A stretch of DNA of 64,000 nucleotides from Polyangiales bacterium (GTDB taxonomy: Bacteria; Myxococcota_A; Polyangia; Polyangiales; Houyiibacteriaceae), in the NCBI GenBank assembly GCA_045106895.1, contig JBGCFM010000086.1, positions 1 to 64,000 on the forward strand. The letters are read 5' to 3'. The notes beneath the pieces are model-generated. The model made no database searches. It was not told the origin of the DNA and saw only the letters and a list, made by a program, of their open reading frames with translations. Within the stretch, counting starts at the first letter, position 1. Every line of letters begins with the position of its first letter. Of the stretch, positions 11,493-20,363 are shown piece by piece. The position numbers and the translations under genes are program-made.

Positions 11493-13168
11493 TCGCGTGT
11501 GCAGCGAAACGGACGGGGTCCAGGCATCGAGATGCGAGGTGATTCACCGTCGAGGAATTGCTCGGGAGAGAGTGACGCTGAGCCCTGAGCGCGAAACCAG
11601 TCGGCGATGCCTTCACGCATCAAGGGGCCGCTTCTCTCGACGTTGACCTCCACGCCTGGGAGCGACGTAAACACGCTCGTCGTGGCGAGGTAGTCGCTCG
11701 TGGCAATGGTGAGCACTCGGCTGTTTGGAATTGGGCGTCCGCGCGCGTCGAGAATCCGAACGTTCATACCTTGCCGTCCACACTGAACCCGCGCTCGCAG
11801 CTTTCCAAGGATGAGCGTTCCGCCGCTCGAACCGGCGTTGCTCGCGATGACGGACGCTAGCTGGTCGGCGCGGATACGAACGCTCGCGAAGAGGTTGTCG
11901 AAGGGAAATACCTCGTAGAGGGCGCCATAGGTAAGGTCGCCGCCGGGAAAGTCCGCGCGAACACCACCTGCGTTGAGAAGAGCACCATCGGCGTCTGGAC
12001 GAAGCGCGACGAGTGCATCGGTGAGGAGGTTCCCTGCAGAAGATTCGGACCCGTAGGAGCGGAGAAAGGCTTCATCGAGGGTGGGCCCAAGTTGTTCTGC
12101 GAGACGCGCCACCGCTGCGTCGAGGGCGGGCGTAACGACCTCGCGGATGGATTCGTTTTCGACGACGCGGTGGGCCCCATACTCACACGGAGGCTCCTCG
12201 CAGAGGTCCGTCGGAGGGTGAAGACGTCGTTCGACGACTCGTCCCTCCTCCAAGCGTAAGTCGACGCGACCAAAGGCGCGGCCCAGGGCCCAAGAGGAGA
12301 TAATCGCGATGCCGTTGACCTCATGAGCGATGGACTTGTGTGTGTGTCCAGCAACGATCACGTCAACGAGTCCTACAGGGAGCGCGCGGGCCAATCGAAA
12401 AATCTCGCTCTCGTTGTCGCACGAGCTCAGGTCCGTCGCGTCCGTGAACTCGCGACATTCTCCGCCGGCGTGCGCGGCAACGATGACAACTTGGGCGCCG
12501 GCATCGCGCATCGCCTGCGCCTCTCGCAAGGTTGCGTCTGCAAGAGGTTCGATCTCGAGGCCGGCGACGTTGGACGCAATGGTCGTTCCAAGGGTGTCCT
12601 CCGTGGTCAGGCCCAGGACTCCGATCTGAACTCCGGAACGCTCGAACATGACGCGTGGCTCAACGTTGGGCCATTCGATGGGCGTTCCATCTTCGTTTCG
12701 AACGTTCGCAGCGAGCACCGCGAAATCAGCTTCTGCGGTGCGAGCCAGAAGTGCACCTCGAGGTTCGTCGCCTTCCGCGATGCAGGTCGCCGACGGCCCG
12801 GTGGGACCGTAGTCGAACTCATGATTGCCCACCGTTGCGGCGTCGTATTCCATGGCCCCATAAGCGGCGACGACGGCGACACCCTCGCCGAGATTGGAAG
12901 CCAGCGTTCCCTGCCACATATCCCCGGCGTCAACGAGCACCGTGGGACCATCTTCGCGAATGGCGTCGACGTAGCCCGCCAAGAGCGGAAGCCGTTCCAT
13001 GTGTCCGTGCAAATCGGCTGTACCGACGATGGTAATGGAGTCCGCGGGCGATTCGACGCGCTCCGCGAGCGACGGAACCTCGTCGAGGGGAGTGAGACTT
13101 GGCGGTGGTGCGGTTGTGCCGCCACAGCCGAGGGCCAGGGCGATCAAGGAGACCAGGACGCGATGCAT
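11489..13168 (-). CDS. 5'-nucleotidase-family metallophosphoesterase lipoprotein
   Basis: Lipobox ALGC; DLHGH, DAGD, GNHEFD, AGHTH, NAGGVR, PFDN. Confidence 0.9.
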   Translation of the reverse strand: MHRVLVSLIALALGCGGTTAPPPSLTPLDEVPSLAERVESPADSITIVGTADLHGHMERLPLLAGYVDAIREDGPTVLVDAGDMWQGTLASNLGEGVAVVAAYGAMEYDAATVGNHEFDYGPTGPSATCIAEGDEPRGALLARTAEADFAVLAANVRNEDGTPIEWPNVEPRVMFERSGVQIGVLGLTTEDTLGTTIASNVAGLEIEPLADATLREAQAMRDAGAQVVIVAAHAGGECREFTDATDLSSCDNESEIFRLARALPVGLVDVIVAGHTHKSIAHEVNGIAIISSWALGRAFGRVDLRLEEGRVVERRLHPPTDLCEEPPCEYGAHRVVENESIREVVTPALDAAVARLAEQLGPTLDEAFLRSYGSESSAGNLLTDALVALRPDADGALLNAGGVRADFPGGDLTYGALYEVFPFDNLFASVRIRADQLASVIASNAGSSGGTLILGKLRARVQCGRQGMNVRILDARGRPIPNSRVLTIATSDYLATTSVFTSLPGVEVNVERSGPLMREGIADWFRAQGSASLSPEQFLDGESPRISMPGPRPFRCTRE

Positions 13169-13178
13169 GAGCAGACGC

Positions 13179-13967
13179 CTAGTCGGTTTTGACGAAAAGC
13201 GCCACGATCTCTTCGACGCGCTTGGCGCTCACGGGCGAAGCAAGCCCAGCCTCTTTGACGCTTGTGCCGACGATGGCGGCATCGGCGAGGGCCGCGATGG
13301 ACTTCGCGTTGGTCGCATCCACGCCAGAGCCAACCCAGACCGGACGGCTTCCAGCAGCGGCGCGAACCTGAGCCAGGGCGTCGAGTTCGACGGCCTTGCC
13401 CGTACCTTCGCCGGATACGATGACCGCATCTGCGAGGCCGCGGTTGAAGGCTTCTTCCGTCGCTTGGTGATGGCTGATGGGAGCCAAGGGTGACGCGTGT
13501 TTGACGAGTATGTCAGCGGTGATGGACACATGCGTCGCGTTGAGCGAGGCGCGATACCGCAGACTCGTCGCGGCTTCGCCCTGAATCAGGCCTTGGTCTG
13601 TCACGTAGGCGCCGGTGTGCACATTGATGCGAACAAACGCTGCCCCGGTTGCTGCCGCGATTCCCAACGCGGAGATCGCGTCGTTGCGGAGGCAGTTGAC
13701 GCCGATGCTAAAGCCTTCGGCGACGAGCTCCGCAACGACCACCGACATCAGGGCCACCTGGTGAGGTGGGAGCCGGCTCGCGGCGTCTCCTTTGGCGAAT
13801 GGGGCAGAGCCGAAATTCTCCACGACAAGACTTGTCACGCCACCATCTCGGTACGCGTGTGCGTCGCGGCGAGCGGCTGCTCGTGCCTCAGCAAACGTTC
13901 CTATGCGTGGGTCGCCGGGGAGAGGCGGTAGGTGGAGGACGCCAATGACGCCGGTTGGCAGAGTCAT
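13179..13967 (-). CDS. BtpA/SgcQ family TIM-barrel protein
   Basis: IGVLHLPPLPG, VENFG.AP, GVNCLRND, ADILVKH, GSGV, IVGT. Confidence 0.9.
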   Translation of the reverse strand: MTLPTGVIGVLHLPPLPGDPRIGTFAEARAAARRDAHAYRDGGVTSLVVENFGSAPFAKGDAASRLPPHQVALMSVVVAELVAEGFSIGVNCLRNDAISALGIAAATGAAFVRINVHTGAYVTDQGLIQGEAATSLRYRASLNATHVSITADILVKHASPLAPISHHQATEEAFNRGLADAVIVSGEGTGKAVELDALAQVRAAAGSRPVWVGSGVDATNAKSIAALADAAIVGTSVKEAGLASPVSAKRVEEIVALFVKTD

Positions 13968-14932
13968 GCGGGGTCAGCCTCGGGCTCCGCGGCTGGAGCC
14001 GCCGATTCTTTTCCGGGAGCGATGAGGATCTCACTCGCGACCTCCGACGACGCGATGCCTCGCGATACGCGCGCGATTTGCTCTTGCAGCGCGTTGACTT
14101 GCTCATGCAGGAGCGCGAGCTCTTCGGGGAGCGGACGCATCTTCCCGTCGCGCGTCGCTCGCTCCAGCGCCGTGGCGTCTTCGGCTTCCTGCTGAGCCTC
14201 GTCCATGCCGCTGATGATGACACCGATAAAGAGGTTCAAGAAGATCATCGTGCCGACGAGGACGAAGGAGATGAAGAAGAGGGCTCCTCCTACCGGGGTC
14301 GCGGATGGCGCCGTACAGAGCGCTTCCATCCCGCCGTAGCCGTAGTTGTCGCAGCCGTACATCTGGATGTACATGAGGTCCGTCCAGTCCTCGAGGGTCA
14401 CCGCCCGGAAAAGAGATACGAAGGAGATCTCAAGCGTTCCAAAATGAACGGGGTCGTTCTCGCCCCACATGAACACGCTGGCTACGGCGTACACGTAGAA
14501 GAGCATGACGAGGAGAATCGACACGTAGCCCATGGAGGGAATGCTCTTGAGCAACGCGCCGACGAGCATCTGAAGTCGGGGAAGCGCGCGAACCAGCTTC
14601 AGAACTCGGAGGAGGCGAAGAAGCCTCAGGACCGTCGCGTATTGGGCGGCGAAGGGCATGAACGCGCCGGCTACGATGATGAAGTCAAAGACGTTCCATC
14701 CATCATGGAAATAGCGCCAAGGCTTCGAGCCCTGGGCGACCATCTTCAGGATGATCTCGGCGACGAACGTCCAGAGGATGATCTGGTCGAGGACGTGGAG
14801 AACCGAGTGGAAGCGTTCGGCTACAGCGGGATAGGTCTCGATGCCAACCAAGACGCCGGCGAAGACGATCACCAGCGTAATGAAGTTTTGAAAAGCGTCG
14901 GACTCGGTGAGTTTTTTACAGAACTTGACCAT
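13964..14932 (-). CDS. bacterial voltage-gated cation channel (BacNav type, TLEDWTD filter)
   Basis: Six TM segments, WNVFDF, S4 RLLRLLRVLKLVR, pore TLEDWTD, S6 LNLFIGVI, C-terminal coiled coil. Confidence 0.93.
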   Translation of the reverse strand: MVKFCKKLTESDAFQNFITLVIVFAGVLVGIETYPAVAERFHSVLHVLDQIILWTFVAEIILKMVAQGSKPWRYFHDGWNVFDFIIVAGAFMPFAAQYATVLRLLRLLRVLKLVRALPRLQMLVGALLKSIPSMGYVSILLVMLFYVYAVASVFMWGENDPVHFGTLEISFVSLFRAVTLEDWTDLMYIQMYGCDNYGYGGMEALCTAPSATPVGGALFFISFVLVGTMIFLNLFIGVIISGMDEAQQEAEDATALERATRDGKMRPLPEELALLHEQVNALQEQIARVSRGIASSEVASEILIAPGKESAAPAAEPEADPA

Positions 14933-15004
14933 GGTGCATCTCTTACGTTGCGGCGCGCCGGAATCTACCCCCCGTTCGTGCCCAAAAACCGTAGGGACGC
15001 GAGG

Positions 15005-16150
15005 CTAGTGGGGCGCGGCGGCGCTCGTCCAGCGTTTGATCTCGTCCAGCAGCCCTTTCCCTATGGGGGTCGGACGTGCGTGCGCTTCGATCACTGCTGC
15101 TCCGTCGGCGTTCGCGCCAATAATCTCTGCCCGGCGGCGAGAAAAAGTCGGGACCTTCGACAGGGGATCTCCGGCTTCGGCGATCTTGTCGTAGAGGTAC
15201 GCGACGGGGACGAACGCATGAACGGCGAGAAGAACGCCCATAAGCGGACGGGGGTCGGGCCGAACCGGGGACGGGTAGGCCTCGCGTGGGTCGTTCTCGA
15301 GGACCGCGTCGAGCTCAAGGAGGGCGTGCAGCTTGGTGTGCGAGAGCTCGTGGATGATGGCCTCGGCCATCATGAGCGGGTCGGGGTGAAGGCTCAGGTA
15401 GACGGTGCCGATGGCTTCCCGGTACGTCGCGGATAGATGAGACTCTGGGTCGTAGCCGACGGGGACGAACTGCCGAACAAAGAGCGATGCTTCTCGGCGT
15501 ATCGCCGGCAGGAAACGCTCGATGAGTGCGAGGGCTTCGCGGAGGGCGGCGACCCAGGTCGCGACGTCCTTTTCGCCGAGGTCGATTTGGTTGCCGCTCT
15601 TGTCCGGGTGGGCTTCCACAAGCCGAAGCGGGTTGTTGTCGCCCGTAGCGAGGTAAATGGCGTTCTTTTCGTCTTCGTCGCTAACCCGCGCAAAGAGATT
15701 TGACCGAACATCGAGTTCCGACAGCGCGTGCACGCCGGTGGCGCTTTGGCCGAAGAGAGGCGCCAGGAGTAGAGGCACGCGCCGCTGAAGTTGGATATCG
15801 GCGTCGATGGCTCCTTGAATATGAAGCTGAAAGAAACTCTGGTTCACCACCTCGGCGACGCAGGTTTCTCGGTCTCCGCTGCCGTTGCGAAGGCATCGAA
15901 GGGGCGCTGCTACGGAAGGGCTCCGAAGAAGGCTCGCGATGGCGCCGGGCTTGCCGGGCAAGAAGGAAACGAGTGTCTTGCGAAGCAGTCGGTAGTCCGC
16001 AGCAAGATCGGGGGGAAGCCCTTCGAGGCGAAGCTGCTTTAGGTCCTCGAAGAGCCGACGAAGTGCCATCGAGAGGATGGCTCGTCCGGTGGTGGAGTTC
16101 CCGGTCGGAATCGTCAGGTCTACCGGGGGACTAGGAACGAAAGACGACAC
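15005..16150 (-). CDS. aKG-HExxH peptide-modification domain protein
   Basis: AEAIIHELSHTKLH, SPVRPDPRPLMGVLLAVHAF; GTG 16150 is the probable start. Confidence 0.85.
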   Translation of the reverse strand: MSSFVPSPPVDLTIPTGNSTTGRAILSMALRRLFEDLKQLRLEGLPPDLAADYRLLRKTLVSFLPGKPGAIASLLRSPSVAAPLRCLRNGSGDRETCVAEVVNQSFFQLHIQGAIDADIQLQRRVPLLLAPLFGQSATGVHALSELDVRSNLFARVSDEDEKNAIYLATGDNNPLRLVEAHPDKSGNQIDLGEKDVATWVAALREALALIERFLPAIRREASLFVRQFVPVGYDPESHLSATYREAIGTVYLSLHPDPLMMAEAIIHELSHTKLHALLELDAVLENDPREAYPSPVRPDPRPLMGVLLAVHAFVPVAYLYDKIAEAGDPLSKVPTFSRRRAEIIGANADGAAVIEAHARPTPIGKGLLDEIKRWTSAAAPH

Positions 16151-16188
16151 GGGGGAATCGTATCGACTGCCGCGTGCCGGTGCACTCT

Positions 16189-16494
16189 CTAAGGCGAGGT
16201 GAGCGCGAGTTCGATGACCCGTTCGGGGTCGATTCGACTGACGCCGACTTCGATACGAGCGCAACCCTGCGCGCCGCGAACCGTCAAACGAAGCCTGTCC
16301 GCGAGTTTCGGCCAGGCAAAGATACACAAGCCCTGCGCAGTGACGCGTTTCTCTTCAATGGAGCGACCCGACGGCAAGTACTGGGCGTGGACCTGGATGG
16401 AGTCGACGGGGCGCCCCTTCGCGTCGATGATTCGGAAGAGTGCTGGGTGGACTGGTTCCGCTGGTTTTCGTAGCCACTGAAGAAATCGCTGCAT
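16189..16494 (-). CDS. small hypothetical beta-rich protein
   Basis: Fills the gap in the minus-strand run; FRIIDAKGRPV resembles carboxypeptidase-regulatory-like strands. Confidence 0.55.
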   Translation of the reverse strand: MQRFLQWLRKPAEPVHPALFRIIDAKGRPVDSIQVHAQYLPSGRSIEEKRVTAQGLCIFAWPKLADRLRLTVRGAQGCARIEVGVSRIDPERVIELALTSP

Positions 16495-16537
16495 GTGCAA
16501 CGTAGGTTGCAGACGCGTCGTCGGCATTCATCGCGGT

Positions 16538-17350
16538 CTACGTTTGTTGGTCGATGAGAAGTTCCACAAGCGGAGGGACCCACTCGCTCGCCGGGCCACG
16601 AAGGTGGTGCCCGCGACCCTGAATCGCTTCGGTGAAGCGCCCCTCTGCCGGGTCCACGACCACGACGGGAACGCCGCGCCCCAGGCACGTCGCGGCGATC
16701 ATCGAGGGGAGATTGGTGGTTCCTTGGCTCCCGACGATGATCAGCGCAGAGGCTCGCCCGGCAGCAAGTTGGGCGCTCTCGAAGCGAAAGTGCTCTTCGT
16801 TGTAGGACTCGTCGAACCACAAGACGTGGGGTCGCGCGGGGACACCATTGACGCTGAGCCGCGTCATCTCTTCGTCGGTGAGCGTACGGTCTTTGGTCCA
16901 ATCGTCGAAGTATGCTGGGACCGGCTGCAGGGTTCGTCCGCCAACAGCTCTCATCCAGTCGACGTTTCCATGAATCGAAAACGTTCGGGCTTGGCTCTGA
17001 CCCGCGCGCCCATGAAGCCCATCGACGTTTTGCGTGATGAGAAGAAAGCTCTCCCCGAGAGCCGCCTCGGCCTCAACCAACGCGAGGTGAGCGGCGTTCG
17101 GGTCCGAAGCGCGGCAGACGGCACGGCGATAGAGGTACCAAGCCCAAACTTCCTTCGGCATTTGCTGAAACGCACGGAAGGTGGCGAGCTCTTCCGGTCG
17201 GTAGTTCTTCGACCCCACACGCCAGTATCCCTCGGGGCCTCGGAACGTTGGAATACCGCTCTCGGCGCTGATCCCTGCGCCCGTAAGCCACACGACGGGC
17301 CCGAACCCTCGCCTGGCGAAAGCCTCGCAAAGGCTAGTGGGGAGGGTCAT
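16538..17350 (-). CDS. cobB: Sir2/CobB NAD-dependent deacylase lacking zinc cysteines
   Basis: TGAGISAESGIPTFRG, YLYRR, TQNVDGLH, HG, RPHVLWF. Confidence 0.9.
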   Translation of the reverse strand: MTLPTSLCEAFARRGFGPVVWLTGAGISAESGIPTFRGPEGYWRVGSKNYRPEELATFRAFQQMPKEVWAWYLYRRAVCRASDPNAAHLALVEAEAALGESFLLITQNVDGLHGRAGQSQARTFSIHGNVDWMRAVGGRTLQPVPAYFDDWTKDRTLTDEEMTRLSVNGVPARPHVLWFDESYNEEHFRFESAQLAAGRASALIIVGSQGTTNLPSMIAATCLGRGVPVVVVDPAEGRFTEAIQGRGHHLRGPASEWVPPLVELLIDQQT

Positions 17351-17757
17351 CGGGGGACGAGGCGGACCTGAGGTTTTTTGGGGTGACGCCGGTAGAGAAT
17401 AATAGTCCGACCCACGACCCCGGCGACGTGCGCGCCACAGCGATCGGCCACCTCTGCGGCGAATTCTTTCTTCCCGATCGGAGCGCTCTCGAGCAGCTTG
17501 ATCTTGATGAGTTCATGGGTCGCGAGCGCTTCATCGACGGCGTCCTTGAGACCGTCCGTGAGACCTTCGTGGCCGACGCGGACCAATGCACTCAGGTGGT
17601 GGGCGAGTCCGCGGAGGTGCTTTCGCTGTTTGCCGCTGAGGTCGCCTCGTGGCCGTCGATTGTCGGCGGCCTTATCAACCGGCGCGTCGACTTTGGGGTC
17701 GACGAGACCGGCCTCTGCCGTGGCCGTTTCCTCTTCGGTGGGCTCGTTTTCGCTCAT
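17347..17757 (-). CDS. yhbY: ribosome assembly RNA-binding protein YhbY
   Basis: LSGKQRKHLRGLAHHL, HELIKIK, GRTIILYR. Confidence 0.92.
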   Translation of the reverse strand: MSENEPTEEETATAEAGLVDPKVDAPVDKAADNRRPRGDLSGKQRKHLRGLAHHLSALVRVGHEGLTDGLKDAVDEALATHELIKIKLLESAPIGKKEFAAEVADRCGAHVAGVVGRTIILYRRHPKKPQVRLVPR

Positions 17758-17845
17758 GGGCGCAGCTTGCGATGCGATTTACCTCAAGTCCACGCCTTTG
17801 AGCGCCCTTTGAGCGCCTCCGAGGCCCATTGTGTATGGTGCCGGC

Positions 17846-18436
17846 ATGAGACGACTGGCCCATGCCTTGACCTCGATTGGCGTCCTCCTCCTCCTCGGTC
17901 TCGCGGCATGTGAGGGGGGCGAGAATACGGCGCCGGCCACGGCGCAGGCCGAAGCCGTTTCGGGTTCGGACCCTTTTGCAGTCATCAGCGAAGATGAGCT
18001 TCGCGCCCAGATCCAGGCTGCACTTGCTCGGGCTCGCGCGGATGGAAAGAAGGTCCTTCTCGAGTTTGTCGCGGACTGGTGCCACGATTGCAGAGAGGTT
18101 GTGCGCGTCGCCTCGAGCGGCCCCGCTGCAGAGGTCCTCGCGAGCGACTACGAGCTCATCTACGTTGAGGTCGGACGCCTCGACCGTCACGTGGAGCTAA
18201 TTCAGCGTTACCGAGTCGAGAGGATCGCGACGCTGGTCGTGCTTGACGCGCAAGGACAGCGTGTTGCGCAGACCACGCTTGAGCCTTTGTCGAATCATCG
18301 TCCGCTCACATCCGACGCTCTCGCCGGCTGGCTGCGTCACCCTATCGACCACTGGCAGAACCCCGGCGTCGACACGAGGGAGGACCACCCGCCTGTCTTC
18401 CCTGCTGAAATCGTCGAGCCCGCCTCCGACGGCTGA
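17846..18436 (+). CDS. thioredoxin-family lipoprotein
   Basis: Lipobox LAAC; VLLEFVADWCHDC. Confidence 0.85.
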   Translation: MRRLAHALTSIGVLLLLGLAACEGGENTAPATAQAEAVSGSDPFAVISEDELRAQIQAALARARADGKKVLLEFVADWCHDCREVVRVASSGPAAEVLASDYELIYVEVGRLDRHVELIQRYRVERIATLVVLDAQGQRVAQTTLEPLSNHRPLTSDALAGWLRHPIDHWQNPGVDTREDHPPVFPAEIVEPASDG

Positions 18437-18446
18437 CACCGCCATT

Positions 18447-18480
18447 AAAAAAAGCCCTGACCCGAGGGTCAGAGCTCTTC
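18447..18480. terminator. rho-independent terminator between convergent genes
   Basis: A7-gccctgaccc-ga-gggtcagagc; U-tract on minus strand. Confidence 0.85.
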
Positions 18481-18514
18481 AAGGAACGGTGGTAGGATTG
18501 GAAGAGAACTTGGT

Positions 18515-19072
18515 TTAGTTGGCCATGACGAAGGAGCCGCGGCTTGCGGATCCATCTTCAAAGGATGCGGTGTAAAAGAGCTCGACGGTTCCCTCTTCAG
18601 GACCCTCTTCGACGGTGATCTCAACCTCGTCGGCGCCGCGGTCGTATTCCCAAACGTTGTCGCTCGGGCCGGCGCAGCCAACCATGGAGAAGTAGAGGCC
18701 TTGGGGGGCGTCGTAGTTGTAGTCGCGTGAGTTTGAGCGGTAGGTCTGGCCGACTTCAAGGGCGTCGAGGCCACCTTCAATGTTGAGCGCGTTCATGAGA
18801 ACTCCGCTTTCGCCTCGAACACGAATGTCGATGTTGACCCAGTCGCCGGAGCCATAGGCGTTCGCGACGTAGCCTTCGCCGTTGGCGGAGAAGCTCCCGA
18901 GACGGCCTTCGAGCTGAGGCTGCGTCACGTCGAGCTCGTTGTTGACCTCGTAAGGTGTGGGCTCCCATGGGGCGATGGGCTCGTCGATGGATCCGCCGCC
19001 GCTCCCGAGGTCCATGTAGCAACCAGGAATCGCGAGGGAACAGAGCAGGGCCAGGGCAAGTTTCGTCTTCAT
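18515..19072 (-). CDS. hypothetical lipoprotein
   Basis: GGAGG RBS, lipobox IPGC, beta-rich mature domain. Confidence 0.8.
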   Translation of the reverse strand: MKTKLALALLCSLAIPGCYMDLGSGGGSIDEPIAPWEPTPYEVNNELDVTQPQLEGRLGSFSANGEGYVANAYGSGDWVNIDIRVRGESGVLMNALNIEGGLDALEVGQTYRSNSRDYNYDAPQGLYFSMVGCAGPSDNVWEYDRGADEVEITVEEGPEEGTVELFYTASFEDGSASRGSFVMAN

Positions 19073-19125
19073 CGGTGTGTCCTCCAGGGGAGCGGCCGGA
19101 AAGCCGCATATTCCCTCAGAAGCTT

Positions 19126-19142
19126 AGCATTCTTCGTGCCAG
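19126..19142 (-). promoter_or_regulatory. putative sigma-54 promoter
   Basis: Minus strand CTGGCACGAAGAATGCT (GG-N10-GC); upstream dyad GTGCCATCTGGCAC at 19206-19219. Confidence 0.7.
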
Positions 19143-19246
19143 CCCAAAAAGACCAGGATATGGGACGGTACTGCGTCCGATGTGGCCAATGCTTCACACC
19201 AAAGCGTGCCATCTGGCACATGCCCACTTGGGGGGGGGAGGAACGT

Positions 19247-20266
19247 CTAGCTCCGAAGCCAGCTGCCAAGCTGCAAGCCGTCTTCGTGGATCGAGTCGAT
19301 GACGCCGGGGAGTTTGCCCATATGAAGGTAGCCATGCGTCCAGCCGCTGTGCTCGACGAGCTGTACGTTCACGCCTGCATCCTCGAGGAGTCTAGCGTAC
19401 TCCCGGCCCTCATCGCGCAAGGGGTCGAACCCGGCGACGACGACGCGGGTGTTCGGGGAGAGACCCCGCTCCGGGCTAAAGGCGGGCGAGAGGCGAGGGT
19501 CCGTACGGGCGATGCCTTCGGCGTAGTGCGACATGAAGAAGCGGATGTCCTCGCCCTCCAGCCCAAGTCCATCAGCGAAGAGCTCCTTCGAGCGCGTGAG
19601 TTTGGAAGAGTCCGTAGCGGGGTAGTAGAGCAGCTGGGCTTTCAAGTTGGCGCCAGGCGAGATGACCGCCGCGAGGTTGCCGCCGGCGCTGTCTCCCGCG
19701 ACCGCGCATCGTTCCGCGTCCAGAGCAAACTCCTGTGGTCGTTCACGGAGCGCGTTGAGCACCGCTTTGCCGTCATCGATGGCCGCTGGCAGCGGATGCT
19801 CGGGGGCGAGACGGTAGTCCAAGGACACGACGGCAGCGCCACTTGCGAAACACAGGCGCCTGCAAACGGTGTCGTGCGTGTCGAGGTCACCGATGACAAA
19901 ACCGCCGCCATGAAAATAGAGCGTAAAGGGCAGTGCGCGCTTGAAGCTCTCGGGATGGTAGACGCGAACGCCGAGTTCGCGATCGCCGAGGGAGAGCACG
20001 GCATCACGGACGCTGAGAGGCGCCGTCGGCACCGAGTCACCGGTTCGTGCGATGGTTCGGTAGTGCTTGCGCGACGAGTCGACGCCGCCGGCACGAAGGG
20101 GTGGACTTCCACTCGCTTGGCTCATCTTCATCAGGAGCTGGATGCGAGGATCCAGAATGCGTTCACCGTCCTTCTTCGGCGCGCCTGCGAGGACGCGGGC
20201 CATGCCTCCGGGCATTTGCAGAATGGTCTGGGCGGCGGCGCGTTGAATCCGTTGTTCGAGGGTCAC
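19247..20266 (-). CDS. alpha/beta hydrolase (HSL-type esterase/lipase)
   Basis: HGGGF, DYRLAPEHP, GDSAGG, DPLRDEG, HG; GTG 20266 is the probable start. Confidence 0.92.
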   Translation of the reverse strand: MTLEQRIQRAAAQTILQMPGGMARVLAGAPKKDGERILDPRIQLLMKMSQASGSPPLRAGGVDSSRKHYRTIARTGDSVPTAPLSVRDAVLSLGDRELGVRVYHPESFKRALPFTLYFHGGGFVIGDLDTHDTVCRRLCFASGAAVVSLDYRLAPEHPLPAAIDDGKAVLNALRERPQEFALDAERCAVAGDSAGGNLAAVISPGANLKAQLLYYPATDSSKLTRSKELFADGLGLEGEDIRFFMSHYAEGIARTDPRLSPAFSPERGLSPNTRVVVAGFDPLRDEGREYARLLEDAGVNVQLVEHSGWTHGYLHMGKLPGVIDSIHEDGLQLGSWLRS

Positions 20267-20363
20267 GGACAAGATTCTAGGGCGAAGGTCCAGTCGCGGC
20301 ACCTCCTTGCAAAAGAAAAGCGGCGCCCGCAGAGCAGGCGCCGCTTGGTTCTTTCGCTCGCTT

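Noticed and set aside
16538..17350. Sir2 defence effector (Thoeris/DSR type)
   Set aside because: Sequence is CobB-like and coupled to yhbY, with no TIR, HerA or pAgo partner.
19230..19238. G9 tract as a phase-variation switch
   Set aside because: Intergenic and outside the promoter-dyad interval; no plausible effect visible.
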